A stretch of 64,000 nucleotides of DNA, taken from NCBI GenBank assembly GCA_025054955.1, contig JANWZE010000031.1, positions 38,567 to 102,566 on the forward strand, given 5' to 3'. Made by a program: the position numbers and the translations under genes. The notes beneath the pieces were generated by a model. The model ran no database searches. It saw nothing but the letters and a program-made list of their open reading frames with translations, and was not told where the DNA came from. Source of the stretch: Blastocatellia bacterium. GTDB lineage: Bacteria; Acidobacteriota; Blastocatellia; HR10; J050. Of this stretch, positions 19,730-29,677 are shown piece by piece; position 1 is the first letter of the stretch; each line of letters opens with the position of its first letter.

Positions 19730-20032
19730 ATGATTCCAATGTCATGGTACTTAGCATTGGCCGCTGTGCTGTTTACAATTGGCGCTGTTGGCGTGGTCGT
19801 CAAGCGCAATGTCATTTCCATGATGATTGCCATTGAGTTGATGCTCAATTCGGCGAATCTGACACTGGTGACATTCTCCAGTTACTTTGGCGAGCTGAGC
19901 GGACAGGTGTTAGTTTTCTTCGTCATGGTCGTGGCCGCGGCAGAAGCGGCTGTCGGATTGGCGATTGTCGTGTTGTTATTCCGCAATCGTCAAACGATCA
20001 ACGTTGATGAAGCCAGCATGTTGAAGTTGTGA
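19730..20032 (+). CDS. nuoK: NADH-quinone oxidoreductase subunit K
   Basis: 100-aa 3-TM protein MIPMSWYLALAAVLFTIGAVGVVVKRN.... Confidence 0.9.
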   Translation: MIPMSWYLALAAVLFTIGAVGVVVKRNVISMMIAIELMLNSANLTLVTFSSYFGELSGQVLVFFVMVVAAAEAAVGLAIVVLLFRNRQTINVDEASMLKL

Positions 20033-20183
20033 TGGGGATCAGAAGTCTAGGTAAAGGATGTTGTATTCAACGTTGATGAAGCGAGCCTGTTGAAGTTGTG
20101 ATGGGGGTGAGAAATCTAAAACACATTGCATTCAACGTTGATGAAGCCAGTCTTGTTGAAACCTGTGATGCGATGAGAAGCCC
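20000..20183. repeat. three tandem ~65-bp copies of the nuoK 3' end (caacgttgatgaagc(c/g)ag...ttgaag(t/a)tgtgatgggg)
   Basis: Copy 1 is the true gene end and stop. Copies 2 and 3 fill the nuoK-nuoL spacer. Confidence 0.85.
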
Positions 20184-22151
20184 ATGTTAAAACTCGTTGT
20201 CTTCAGTCCACTGGTTGGCGCGGCGCTCATCGGCCTGTTTGGTCGCCGGTGGAGCGAGCGCCTGATTAGTTTGATCGGTTGCGCCTCGGTCGGCGTCTCG
20301 ATGATGGCGGCTTTTCATGTTTTCTTTGCCCGATTGCGATTCTTGCCTGAAGGCGAACGGATCATCCTCGAATCGGTCTACTCCTGGATTGTGTCTGGGC
20401 CATTGAAAGCCGAGTTCGGTTTTCAACTGGATGAATTGTCTGGCATCTATATTCTGTTTGTAACGTTCGTTGGCTTCTGGATTCATGTTTTCGCCGTCGG
20501 CTACATGCGTGGGGAGCCGGGATATTATCGCTTCTTCTGCTTCATGAATCTGTTCATGTTCATGATGCTGACGCTCGTGCTGGCCAATAATTTCTTGCTC
20601 ATGTTCGTTGGCTGGGAAGGCGTCGGACTATGCTCATATTTGCTCATCGGATTTTATTTCAAGCGCGGCTATGCGGCTGATGCGGCGAAGAAAGCGTTCA
20701 TCGTGAATCGGATTGGCGATGTTGGCTACGTGTTGGGCGTATTGCTGGTGTTCGCCCACTTTAAGACGATTGATTACTATCAGGTCATGATTGCTGCCAA
20801 ACAGATGCCGGTTGAGCCGCTGGGCACAATAGGCCTGTTGACGGCGATCAGTTTGTTATTTTTCCTTGGCTGCACCGGCAAGAGCGCGCAGATTCCGCTT
20901 TATGTTTGGTTGCCCGATGCGATGGCCGGCCCGACGCCGGTTTCTGCATTGATTCATGCGGCGACGATGGTCACAGCGGGCGTCTATCTGGTAGCGCGGG
21001 CCAGTTTCATCTTCGCGCAAGCGCCGACGGCGCTGGCAGTCGTCGCTGTGATCGGCGCGGTGACCGCCTTGTTTGCTGCGACAATTGCACTGGGTCAGGA
21101 CAACATCAAAAAGGTGCTGGCTTACTCAACTATCTCACAGCTTGGTTATATGTTCATGGCGTGCGGTGTCGGCGCATTTGTGGCCGGCATCTTTCATGTG
21201 GTGACGCACGCATTTTTCAAGGCGCTGCTGTTCTTGGGGGCGGGCAGCGTGATCCTGGCCTTGCACCATGAAGAGGACATGCGCCGGATGGGTGGATTGC
21301 AGCAGCGGTTGCCGGTAACCTACCGAACGTTCGTGATCGGGTGGTTGGCGTTGGCCGGCATCTTTCCTCTGTCAGGCTTCTTCAGCAAGGATGAAATTCT
21401 CTGGCGCACGTGGGCGACGCCGGTGTTGCCCGACCCGTGGGGCAAGCTGCTTTGGTTGCTGGGATTCCTCACGGCGATGCTCACAGCAGTTTACATGACG
21501 CGCCTCATGGTGATGACGTTTTACAGTGAGGCGCGTTTTGGCGCTTCAGCCAGTCATCATGGGGAGCATCATCCGCATGAAGCGCCACGTGAATCGCCTG
21601 CCGTCATGACCGTGCCGTTGATCGTGCTGGCCATCCTGTCAGTGGTCGGCGGGTGGATGGGCATTTCCGAAGGCTTGACCGGCGGCAAGATTCCAAATTG
21701 GTTTGAGCACTTCTTGCAGCCGGCCGTGGCGCCGTCGCCGGTCCATCCCAGTCACAGTCTAGCTGCTGTTGAACATCCGAGCCATGCGCTGGAAATTGGA
21801 CTGGCTGTGATGACTGTGGCGCTGGCGCTCATCGCGATTGTGTTGGCCTACCGCGCTTATCAACGGAAGCCGCTCTGGACGCCGCCAGCGGTGTTGGTCA
21901 ATAAGTATTGGGTTGATGAAATCTACGACCGGTTGGTGGTTCGACCAATCAAAACCGCGTCCACGCATCTGTTCTGGCAATTGATGGACGTCAAGGTGAT
22001 TGACGGCGCCGTCAACGGCACAGCCGAGCTAGTCCGCTGGTTTGGGCGCGGCCTGCGGCACATGCAAACAGGATTAGTGCGCTCGTATGTGGTGATGATT
22101 TTCTTGGGGGCTGTCGTGGTGATCGGTTATTTTGTGTTCGGTGGGAGATGA
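20184..22151 (+). CDS. nuoL: NADH-quinone oxidoreductase subunit L
   Basis: 655-aa antiporter-like subunit with a long C-terminal amphipathic extension. Confidence 0.95.
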   Translation: MLKLVVFSPLVGAALIGLFGRRWSERLISLIGCASVGVSMMAAFHVFFARLRFLPEGERIILESVYSWIVSGPLKAEFGFQLDELSGIYILFVTFVGFWIHVFAVGYMRGEPGYYRFFCFMNLFMFMMLTLVLANNFLLMFVGWEGVGLCSYLLIGFYFKRGYAADAAKKAFIVNRIGDVGYVLGVLLVFAHFKTIDYYQVMIAAKQMPVEPLGTIGLLTAISLLFFLGCTGKSAQIPLYVWLPDAMAGPTPVSALIHAATMVTAGVYLVARASFIFAQAPTALAVVAVIGAVTALFAATIALGQDNIKKVLAYSTISQLGYMFMACGVGAFVAGIFHVVTHAFFKALLFLGAGSVILALHHEEDMRRMGGLQQRLPVTYRTFVIGWLALAGIFPLSGFFSKDEILWRTWATPVLPDPWGKLLWLLGFLTAMLTAVYMTRLMVMTFYSEARFGASASHHGEHHPHEAPRESPAVMTVPLIVLAILSVVGGWMGISEGLTGGKIPNWFEHFLQPAVAPSPVHPSHSLAAVEHPSHALEIGLAVMTVALALIAIVLAYRAYQRKPLWTPPAVLVNKYWVDEIYDRLVVRPIKTASTHLFWQLMDVKVIDGAVNGTAELVRWFGRGLRHMQTGLVRSYVVMIFLGAVVVIGYFVFGGR

Positions 22152-22152
22152 C

Positions 22153-23730
22153 ATGGACGTTCTACTGGATCATCCGTTGACCTTGGTCGTGTTTTTGCCT
22201 ACAGTCGGCGCGGCGCTATTGTTGCTCTACAGCTTGTGGAGCGGCAAAGACGATGATGTCGTGCGATTCATCGCCTTTGTGTTTTCTTTGCTGACATTCA
22301 TCATGTCGCTGCCGCTGGTAGTTGGATTCAACCCGCGACTGAGTGGCATGCAGTTCACTGAGCGAGTGCCATGGATCAACAGTTTTGGCCTAAACGTGGA
22401 GTATCACCTCGGTCTGGATGGATTGAGTCTGTGGTTAGTGGTGTTGACGACAGTTCTGACCGTTGTCTCGGTGCTGGCCAGTTGGCAGTCAATTCAGCGA
22501 CATGTCAGCGAGTTCTTCATCTTCCTCTTGTTGTTGGAAACAGGCATTCTCGGCGTATTTGTTGCGCTCGACATGTTTCTTTTTTACTTGTTTTGGGAAG
22601 TGATGCTTGTGCCGATGTACTTTCTGATCGGCGTGTGGGGCGGCGAGCAGCGCATCTATGCGGCCATCAAGTTCATCATTTACACGATGGCTGGCTCGGT
22701 GCTGATGCTAGTGGCGATGCTGGCTCTCTACTATTTGAACGGGCAAGCAACCGGGCAGTATACGTTCGATCTCGTCCAGATCACCAAGAACCTGCAGCAA
22801 GGCGTCTTGACGTTGGACCCACAGGTTCAAATGTGGTTGTTCCTCGGTTTTGCCATTGCTTTCATGATCAAGGTTCCGCTCTTCCCATTGCATACATGGT
22901 TACCGGATGCGCACGTTGAAGCGCCGACGGCCGGTTCGATCATGCTGGCTGGCGTCTTGCTGAAGATGGGTACGTATGGCTTGTTGCGATTCAATCTGCC
23001 GATGTTTCCTCAAGCGACAGCCGAATGGACGACGCCGATTTGCATTCTCGCTGTCATTGGCATCATCTATGGCGCGTTGGTCGCTATGGTGCAGCCCGAC
23101 ATGAAAAAGCTCGTCGCCTATTCGTCAGTCAGTCACATGGGTTTCGTCGTGCTCGGCACATTTGCCCAGACGGAGCAAGCATTGCACGGCGCCATTTTTC
23201 AGATGCTCAGTCACGGCGTTGCCACGGGCGCATTGTTTTTGCTGGTTGGTATTATTTACGACCGGCGTCACACGCGGTTGATTGCTGATTTTGGCGGCAT
23301 CGCTAACGTCATGCCGGTTTACACGGGGATGTTTGGCATCATCATGCTGGCCTCGGTCGGGTTGCCAATGTTAAGTGGGTTTGTCGGCGAGTTTCTCGTC
23401 CTGGTTGGTACATACACGTCTAAGATCGCCTATGCTCGCTGGTTCACCGTCCTGGCCGCTCTGGGCGTGATTCTCTCTGCTGTATATCTGCTGTGGTTGT
23501 TCCAACGGGTTTTCATGGGCGAGATCACCAATCCGGAGAACGCTGCATTGGCGGATGTGAACGCACGCGAAAAAATGGCGATGATGCCGCTGGTGGTGCT
23601 GGTGATTGTGTTAGGCGTCGTGCCAAATTGGTTTTTGCGGAAGATGGACCCGGCTGTGCGAGCGGTGATGCCGGCGGCTGTGACAGCGGTGGAGAGTGGG
23701 CATGCTCAGTGGACAGTGGGCGGTGAGTAG
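22153..23730 (+). CDS. nuoM: NADH-quinone oxidoreductase subunit M
   Basis: Antiporter-like subunit. Start MDVLLDH placed immediately after the nuoL stop. Confidence 0.9.
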   Translation: MDVLLDHPLTLVVFLPTVGAALLLLYSLWSGKDDDVVRFIAFVFSLLTFIMSLPLVVGFNPRLSGMQFTERVPWINSFGLNVEYHLGLDGLSLWLVVLTTVLTVVSVLASWQSIQRHVSEFFIFLLLLETGILGVFVALDMFLFYLFWEVMLVPMYFLIGVWGGEQRIYAAIKFIIYTMAGSVLMLVAMLALYYLNGQATGQYTFDLVQITKNLQQGVLTLDPQVQMWLFLGFAIAFMIKVPLFPLHTWLPDAHVEAPTAGSIMLAGVLLKMGTYGLLRFNLPMFPQATAEWTTPICILAVIGIIYGALVAMVQPDMKKLVAYSSVSHMGFVVLGTFAQTEQALHGAIFQMLSHGVATGALFLLVGIIYDRRHTRLIADFGGIANVMPVYTGMFGIIMLASVGLPMLSGFVGEFLVLVGTYTSKIAYARWFTVLAALGVILSAVYLLWLFQRVFMGEITNPENAALADVNAREKMAMMPLVVLVIVLGVVPNWFLRKMDPAVRAVMPAAVTAVESGHAQWTVGGE

Positions 23731-23935
23731 TGGAGAGTGAGAGCGGTTTGCAAATGAGTTTATCCTGGGGGGCACGCACGTGCATCAGCCCGCAAGATGC
23801 AGGCCCCAGGCTAACGGCAATGGAAAATCGCTCTAGAGTGGACAGTCCACAGCACTCATCAACTGACCATTGATACAAACCGCCGACCACCGGCCACGAA
23901 TCACTGGCGTACTTGGGATTTCAGATTTTTAGTTT
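23690..23935. repeat. composite repeat: family-B 'gtggacag/gtggagag' blocks flanking a ~90-bp family-A structured element (23745-23836)
   Basis: Left B part 23690-23744, A element 23745-23836, right B part 23838-23880. The arrangement suggests A inserted into B. Confidence 0.7.
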
Positions 23936-25429
23936 ATGGGCATCGAAAGTTTGGCAATCAACTATCGCGTCATTCTGCCAGAGATCATCCTGGCGGCTAC
24001 TGGCATCGTGCTGATGTTGGTAGACGCCTTCGCGCCAAACGAGCGAAAAATACGCGCAGGCGTGATTTCATTGGTAGGATTGGCTGCTGCGTTGCTGGTT
24101 ACATGGCAGCTTCGAGATATACCGCCGCAGACAGCGTTCGCCGGCATGGTCATCGTAGATGGGTTTCGGGTGCTGTTCACGTTGATCGTCGTTATCGGCG
24201 CCATGCTGTCTGTATTGTTAGCGTGGAACTTCCTGGATGAAGAGCGCATTCAACCGACTGAGTACTATGCGCTCATTATGTTCTGCGCTGTTGGGATGGC
24301 GTTTTTGGCCAGCAGTCATGATCTGATCATGGTCTTTCTGGGGATGGAGACAGTCACCATCTCTACGTACGTCTTGGCCGGATACCGCCGCGACGATGTG
24401 CGCTCGACCGAAGCGGCGCTGAAATACTTCATTCTCGGCGCATTCTCATCTGCCTTTTTGATCTACGGGATCGCGTTGATTTACGGGGCGACGCGGACGA
24501 CGAACCTGGCCGGCATTCAGGCAGCCTTAAATGGGGCGATGGGCGAACCAGAACGGGCGTTGATGCTGGCTGGAGCGGCGATGTTACTCATTGGATTTGG
24601 ATTCAAGGTGACAACGGTGCCGTTCCACATCTGGACGCCAGATGTCTACGAAGGATCGCCGACGCCGGTGACGGCATTCCTTTCAGCAGCCACCAAAGCA
24701 GCCGGATTCGCGGCTTTCTTGCGCGTCTTTTCGCTCGTCTTTGGATTGCCGTTCACGCCCGACAGTGCGGGCAGCATGTTGCAAAGTCATTGGGTGTCGG
24801 CTTTGTCCGTCATGTCTATTCTCACCATGACGATTGCCAATCTGATTGCCATCACGCAGACCAATATCAAACGCATGCTGGCATATTCATCCATCGCTCA
24901 CGCTGGGTACGTGCTGATGGGACTTGTCGCGCGCGATTGGAAAGCGGTGGCGTTCTACATGCTGGCCTATACGATCATGAATCTGGGGGCCTTCGCCGTC
25001 GTTGCGCTCATCGCTCGACGTCATGACGAAAAGGTCTTGATCGAAGATTATCACGGATTAGGATTTCGCCAACCGGGATTGAGCTTTCCGCTCACTGTGT
25101 TCCTCATCAGCTTGACAGGCATCCCCGGCACAGCCGGATTCGTTGGCAAATTCTGGTTGTTCAAGTCGGCCTGGGAAGCGGGCTTTCCTGTGCTCGTGAT
25201 CGCGGCCGTCATCAATACGGTGGTCGCGGCTTACTACTACCTGTACGTTGTCATTGTCATGTTCTTCCGCGAGCCCAAGCGCGACATTGAATCGGTGCCG
25301 CTTCCCCGGGTGTTTGCGTTGACGCTGGCTCTGACCGTGTTTGGCACGTTTTATCTGGGGTTGCTGCCTGAGCGCGTCTTTCAATTCCTCAACGCCGCGC
25401 AAACCGCCGTGGCCGGACTGATCAGATAA
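23936..25429 (+). CDS. nuoN: NADH-quinone oxidoreductase subunit N
   Basis: 497-aa antiporter-like subunit. Last gene of the operon. Confidence 0.9.
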   Translation: MGIESLAINYRVILPEIILAATGIVLMLVDAFAPNERKIRAGVISLVGLAAALLVTWQLRDIPPQTAFAGMVIVDGFRVLFTLIVVIGAMLSVLLAWNFLDEERIQPTEYYALIMFCAVGMAFLASSHDLIMVFLGMETVTISTYVLAGYRRDDVRSTEAALKYFILGAFSSAFLIYGIALIYGATRTTNLAGIQAALNGAMGEPERALMLAGAAMLLIGFGFKVTTVPFHIWTPDVYEGSPTPVTAFLSAATKAAGFAAFLRVFSLVFGLPFTPDSAGSMLQSHWVSALSVMSILTMTIANLIAITQTNIKRMLAYSSIAHAGYVLMGLVARDWKAVAFYMLAYTIMNLGAFAVVALIARRHDEKVLIEDYHGLGFRQPGLSFPLTVFLISLTGIPGTAGFVGKFWLFKSAWEAGFPVLVIAAVINTVVAAYYYLYVVIVMFFREPKRDIESVPLPRVFALTLALTVFGTFYLGLLPERVFQFLNAAQTAVAGLIR

Positions 25430-25587
25430 AATCGGCGACACGAGGACCTACAAACGAGCATAGGTTGCGATGCTGAGCGAGCAGACGAAAGCGAATTTTG
25501 AGTGGATTGGCTCCCTCTTGGCTGAGCGGCGGCTTGCTCCAATTCAAAGAGCGCGGCTCCACCTTCGATCACGCTAGGAATTCGCCT

Positions 25588-26148
25588 CTAGGAATTCGCT
25601 TTGAGCACGCCGACGTAGGGTAAATTGCGGTATCGCTCGCCGCAATCCAAACCAAAGCCCACAACAAACGCATCAGGAATGTCAAATCCCTTGTAGGCTA
25701 TGTCAACTTCGACAATGCGCCGCGACGGTTTATTGAGCAGGACGGCGACGCATACCGAGTTCACGCCGCGCGTTCGCATGTTGTTCAGCAGATAATTCAG
25801 CGTCAGCCCAGTGTCCAGAATGTCCTCGACGACAATCACGTCGCGGCCTGCTGGACTCGTGTCAAGGTCCTTAATCAATCGAACCTCGCCCGATGTTTCT
25901 GTCGCCGCGCCATAACTGGACACCGCGATGAAATCAATCGTGACAGGCAAATCAATCGTTCTGGCCAGTTCCGACATAAAGACCACCGCGCCTTTCAGCA
26001 CACAAATCAGGTGTGGCGTTCGACCTGCATAATCGCGCGTGATGGCCGCGCCCATTTCCTTGATTTTTTCTCGAATGGTGATTTCGTCAATGAGCACTTC
26101 AACGGCTGGATTATGGAACTCTGAGTGATGAGCAACCCCAACGGACAT
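25588..26148 (-). CDS. hpt: hypoxanthine(-guanine) phosphoribosyltransferase
   Basis: PRPP-binding motif VIVVEDILDTGLT and ...LICVLKGAVVFMSELAR.... Start set at MSVGVAHHSEF, shorter than the ORF (to 26262). Confidence 0.85.
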   Translation of the reverse strand: MSVGVAHHSEFHNPAVEVLIDEITIREKIKEMGAAITRDYAGRTPHLICVLKGAVVFMSELARTIDLPVTIDFIAVSSYGAATETSGEVRLIKDLDTSPAGRDVIVVEDILDTGLTLNYLLNNMRTRGVNSVCVAVLLNKPSRRIVEVDIAYKGFDIPDAFVVGFGLDCGERYRNLPYVGVLKANS

Positions 26149-26243
26149 ACGCCGCTCTCCTTCCTGTGAGTGAGTTGAATAAACGGGGGCAAAATATATG
26201 AACCCCATGCTGTCTCTGTCAAACTTCTTCGGGCCGGCGATAG

Positions 26244-26283
26244 AAAAAAGCCGCCAGAGCAAGAGCGGATACCCTGGCGGCTT
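26244..26283 (-). terminator. Rho-independent terminator after the TonB-dependent receptor gene
   Basis: Minus-strand RNA is (a)gccgccag-[17-nt loop]-ctggcggc followed by uuuuuuc. It lies 70 bp downstream of the receptor stop. Confidence 0.7.
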
Positions 26284-26355
26284 CCGATGAAAATTACCTA
26301 AGCCGAAGTTCGTTCACGTCCTCAGCAGGACGAAACAAACTGCGGCAGAACCAGT

Positions 26356-29300
26356 TTAGAAAATGTAGCGCAACCCAAGTGTCACGCGACGGCGACCACC
26401 ATCCGTTCCCCACTGGTTGAGGAAATTGCCGGAATTGATACGCGCTTCAGGAATACCGAAATTGCGCGTGTTGGTGGTGTTGTACATCTCGACACGGAAC
26501 TGAATCCGCTGCGACTCGGTGATGTTGGTGTTCTTGAAAATACCGAGGTCCCAGTTGGTGATGCCATCGGCGCGCAGCACATTGCGACCAACGTTGCCCA
26601 ACCGCTCGCCGCGAGCTGGATCAACTTGACGGAACAAGCTCTGACCGCCGGCCCGAACAATCTCTTCAATGCTCATCGAAGAAAGGTCCAGCCCCGTGTT
26701 GAGATTGGCGCGGATGGCGTTGCCGACGAGTCCGTCAATGCCGGCCAGCGCGCCCGTTGGGTCCGCACCGTTCAATGCCGTGAATGGAGCGCCCGATTGC
26801 AGCGTCACAAATGAGTTGACTTGCCAACCGCCGAGAATGTGGCCAATCAGACCCTGCTGCTCACGGAAGAACGGCAATTCATAAACGAAGTTGGCCGAGA
26901 AACGATGCGGACGATCATAGGTCGAGCGACCACGGTCAGCGCGACGATTGAACGAGTCTTGCGACACGGCCACTTCGCCATTGACCGACGGATTGAAAAT
27001 TTCCGATGCGTCGTCAATGTAAGCGCTCCACGTGTAGTGCGCGCCCGCGCTGAAACCGCGAGACAAGCGCTTTTCAAGACTGACCTGCATCGAGTGGTAA
27101 ATGGACGAAGATGCGTTGGCGCGCAAACGTCGCACGCCCTCGTTCGGGTTGACGCGGACCAACGGTTGGCTAGCCGACGTACGCGGCAGCGCCGGATTGC
27201 CGTCAATCGTTTGGAACAGAGCTGTGCCCTTCGTGCCAACGTAGCCGACACTCAGCACAACGTCCGTCGTCAACTCGCGCTGAATCTGCAAGCTGTACTG
27301 ATCGGCGTATGGCGAGCGGAAGTCGGCTGCCACAATCGTCCGGGTTAGCGCGTCAGGATTCGCCACCGTAGGCGTCAACGTCGGCAGCACAACAAATGCA
27401 TTGGCCAGATTCGACCGGTTGATGGCTGCCACGAATGGGAATGAGCTGGCGACGTTCAGCGCAATGTTGATAAACGCATAATCGTTGGTGCGAGCATAGC
27501 CGCCACGCACAACCAGCTTGTCACCTCCGGTGAAGAAGCCCAGAATGCCGTCTTCGCTCGTTCGCGGATTCCAATTGAATCCGAAGCGAGGTTGCCAATT
27601 ATTGGTATCGCGCTTGGGTACAGGCTTCAAGGCATATCGTTGATCGCCACCGGCTGCTGCAATGATTCGCTGATTGACCGGCAACAGGCTCAGCAACGAC
27701 TCGCCCGGCGTCTCATATCGCAATCCATACGTCAGTGAGAAATTCGGGCGGACCCGCCACTCGTCCTGGAAGAACGCGAAGTAGTCGTACCACTTGTAGT
27801 ATTGAATCGCTTCGCCGCCTGGCAATGGTTTGTTGATGTTAGCTGCCTCAGCCACGTCATCCACGAAGGCCTGCAGCGTGGGGTAGCGCAATAGACCGCG
27901 GATCGTGGGGAAGAAGAAGCTCTTCACATCAATCCGGCGGAAGTCAATGCCTGCTTTGAGCGCATGGCCACCGGCCGTATAGGAAATTGTTTCCTGAATC
28001 TGATAGGTGTTGTTGTAACGGAACTGCGGCAGATTGACTGCCAACCCGATGGCGGTTCGGCTCGCTGCCGCATTGAATCCGGTCAAACCCAGTTGTGGAA
28101 TTTCAATTGAAGGAATTTGTTCCGACGATGGGTCGGATGCGCTGGTAATCGTGCCCAGCCGTTGATAAGAGACGCGGAATTCATTGAGCAGTCGCGGCGT
28201 GAACACACTGTTGAAATATGCCGTCGCAGCCTGCTGTCGAGCTTGGTTGGCCGTTGTTAATCCAGGTGGATTGGCCTGACCAGCACCGTCAGACTCCTGA
28301 TCGTTCCACAGGTAGCGAGCGCCGATTCGATGCTTCGCGTTGAAATGATGATCGCCGCGGACAGAGAACTGAGAATTATTGAGCTTGAAGCCCGTTGCGT
28401 TGCTCAATGTTCCCACAGGGATTTGCACTGTCTGCCCGCCAACGGTCAATGGAATGCTGCGGTTAAGCGGCGCTTGGGCTGCTGGCAGGAATCGCAGCAG
28501 GGCTTGCACCTGTGGCCGATTGCCGGCCAGTTGCTGAAGCAACCGACGGCCCTCTTCTGTTGGAACGCCATTGATGGTGCTGCCCGAGCCAAGCTGCCGA
28601 TCCGTCCAACCCTGGATCGAACCGAAAAAGAACGACTTGTCTTTGACAATTGGTCCACCGACCGTGCCGCCAAACTGATTCTCAATCCGGAACGGCGCAT
28701 CACTGAAGCGCGGGCGACCGCCAACTAGCACCTTGTCCAGATTGTTTCGCGAATTCAATTTGTTGGAATTGTGAAACCAGAAGGCCGACCCGTGCAGCTC
28801 GTTGGTGCCTTGCTTGGTGATGATGTTCATGACTGAACCGGCTGCGCGGCCGTACTCAGCCAGGAACTGATTGGTGATGAGTCGAATCTCTTGAATGAGG
28901 TCGGGATTGTTCAGTGGCTGCTGCAGCCCCGTGATTGACGGATCATTACTATCTTGTCCGTCAATCATGAAATTGTTCGAGCGCGTGCGCATGCCATTGA
29001 CCGAGAAACTAACGCCGCCAGTGGTGAATTGCGAATTACCAGCGGAAAGCTGGCTAACGCCGGCCACCGATAGTGCCACCGTCAGCACATTGCGATCAGG
29101 CGCCAGCGGCAGTTCCGAGATACGACGTGTATCAAACTGCACGCCGACTTCTGCGTTGGTGCGGTTCAGCAGCGGCGCGTCGCCTGTCACCGTGATAACT
29201 TCTTGTACGCCGGCCGGCTTCAACGTGACCTCAACCACCGCTTCTTGATTCAAAGCCAACGTAATGGGTGATTGAACATACCGAGCAAACCCAGTCTGTT

Positions 29301-29547
29301 CAACTGTCAACTCGTAGGTCCCCACGGGTAGGCCGGGAAACCGATAACGACCGTCACTATCTGTGGTTGCCGAACGCGACGTATTGGTTTGCATGTTGCG
29401 CACCGTCACGTTGGCACCCGTGATGACGGCCTTTTGCTCATCCATTACCGTTCCAGAAATGGTTCCGGTCGTAGATTGAGCTAGCCCATGTGTGCTCACT
29501 GCTGTGAATATCAGCAGAAGCATTAGAATTTGTTTCGTAGGTCTCAT
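26356..29547 (-). CDS. TonB-dependent outer-membrane receptor with N-terminal carboxypeptidase-regulatory-like (CarbopepD_reg) domain
   Basis: Signal peptide, then a ~80-aa Ig-like TGTISGTV...GTYELTV domain, plug and barrel. C-terminal ...LGLRYIF ends in Phe. RBS GGAGGAAG before the ATG at 29547. Confidence 0.8.
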   Translation of the reverse strand: MRPTKQILMLLLIFTAVSTHGLAQSTTGTISGTVMDEQKAVITGANVTVRNMQTNTSRSATTDSDGRYRFPGLPVGTYELTVEQTGFARYVQSPITLALNQEAVVEVTLKPAGVQEVITVTGDAPLLNRTNAEVGVQFDTRRISELPLAPDRNVLTVALSVAGVSQLSAGNSQFTTGGVSFSVNGMRTRSNNFMIDGQDSNDPSITGLQQPLNNPDLIQEIRLITNQFLAEYGRAAGSVMNIITKQGTNELHGSAFWFHNSNKLNSRNNLDKVLVGGRPRFSDAPFRIENQFGGTVGGPIVKDKSFFFGSIQGWTDRQLGSGSTINGVPTEEGRRLLQQLAGNRPQVQALLRFLPAAQAPLNRSIPLTVGGQTVQIPVGTLSNATGFKLNNSQFSVRGDHHFNAKHRIGARYLWNDQESDGAGQANPPGLTTANQARQQAATAYFNSVFTPRLLNEFRVSYQRLGTITSASDPSSEQIPSIEIPQLGLTGFNAAASRTAIGLAVNLPQFRYNNTYQIQETISYTAGGHALKAGIDFRRIDVKSFFFPTIRGLLRYPTLQAFVDDVAEAANINKPLPGGEAIQYYKWYDYFAFFQDEWRVRPNFSLTYGLRYETPGESLLSLLPVNQRIIAAAGGDQRYALKPVPKRDTNNWQPRFGFNWNPRTSEDGILGFFTGGDKLVVRGGYARTNDYAFINIALNVASSFPFVAAINRSNLANAFVVLPTLTPTVANPDALTRTIVAADFRSPYADQYSLQIQRELTTDVVLSVGYVGTKGTALFQTIDGNPALPRTSASQPLVRVNPNEGVRRLRANASSSIYHSMQVSLEKRLSRGFSAGAHYTWSAYIDDASEIFNPSVNGEVAVSQDSFNRRADRGRSTYDRPHRFSANFVYELPFFREQQGLIGHILGGWQVNSFVTLQSGAPFTALNGADPTGALAGIDGLVGNAIRANLNTGLDLSSMSIEEIVRAGGQSLFRQVDPARGERLGNVGRNVLRADGITNWDLGIFKNTNITESQRIQFRVEMYNTTNTRNFGIPEARINSGNFLNQWGTDGGRRRVTLGLRYIF

Positions 29548-29677
29548 AGCTTCCTCCAAGTTTGATAAGAAAATGCCGAAGTACAAGCGATGTTGCCAGC
29601 AATCCGCATGCCACCGGCAGGGTAAACCTATAATCCTTGAAAGAGCAATGAGTTAATTTTTATCGCCGACTGACATT

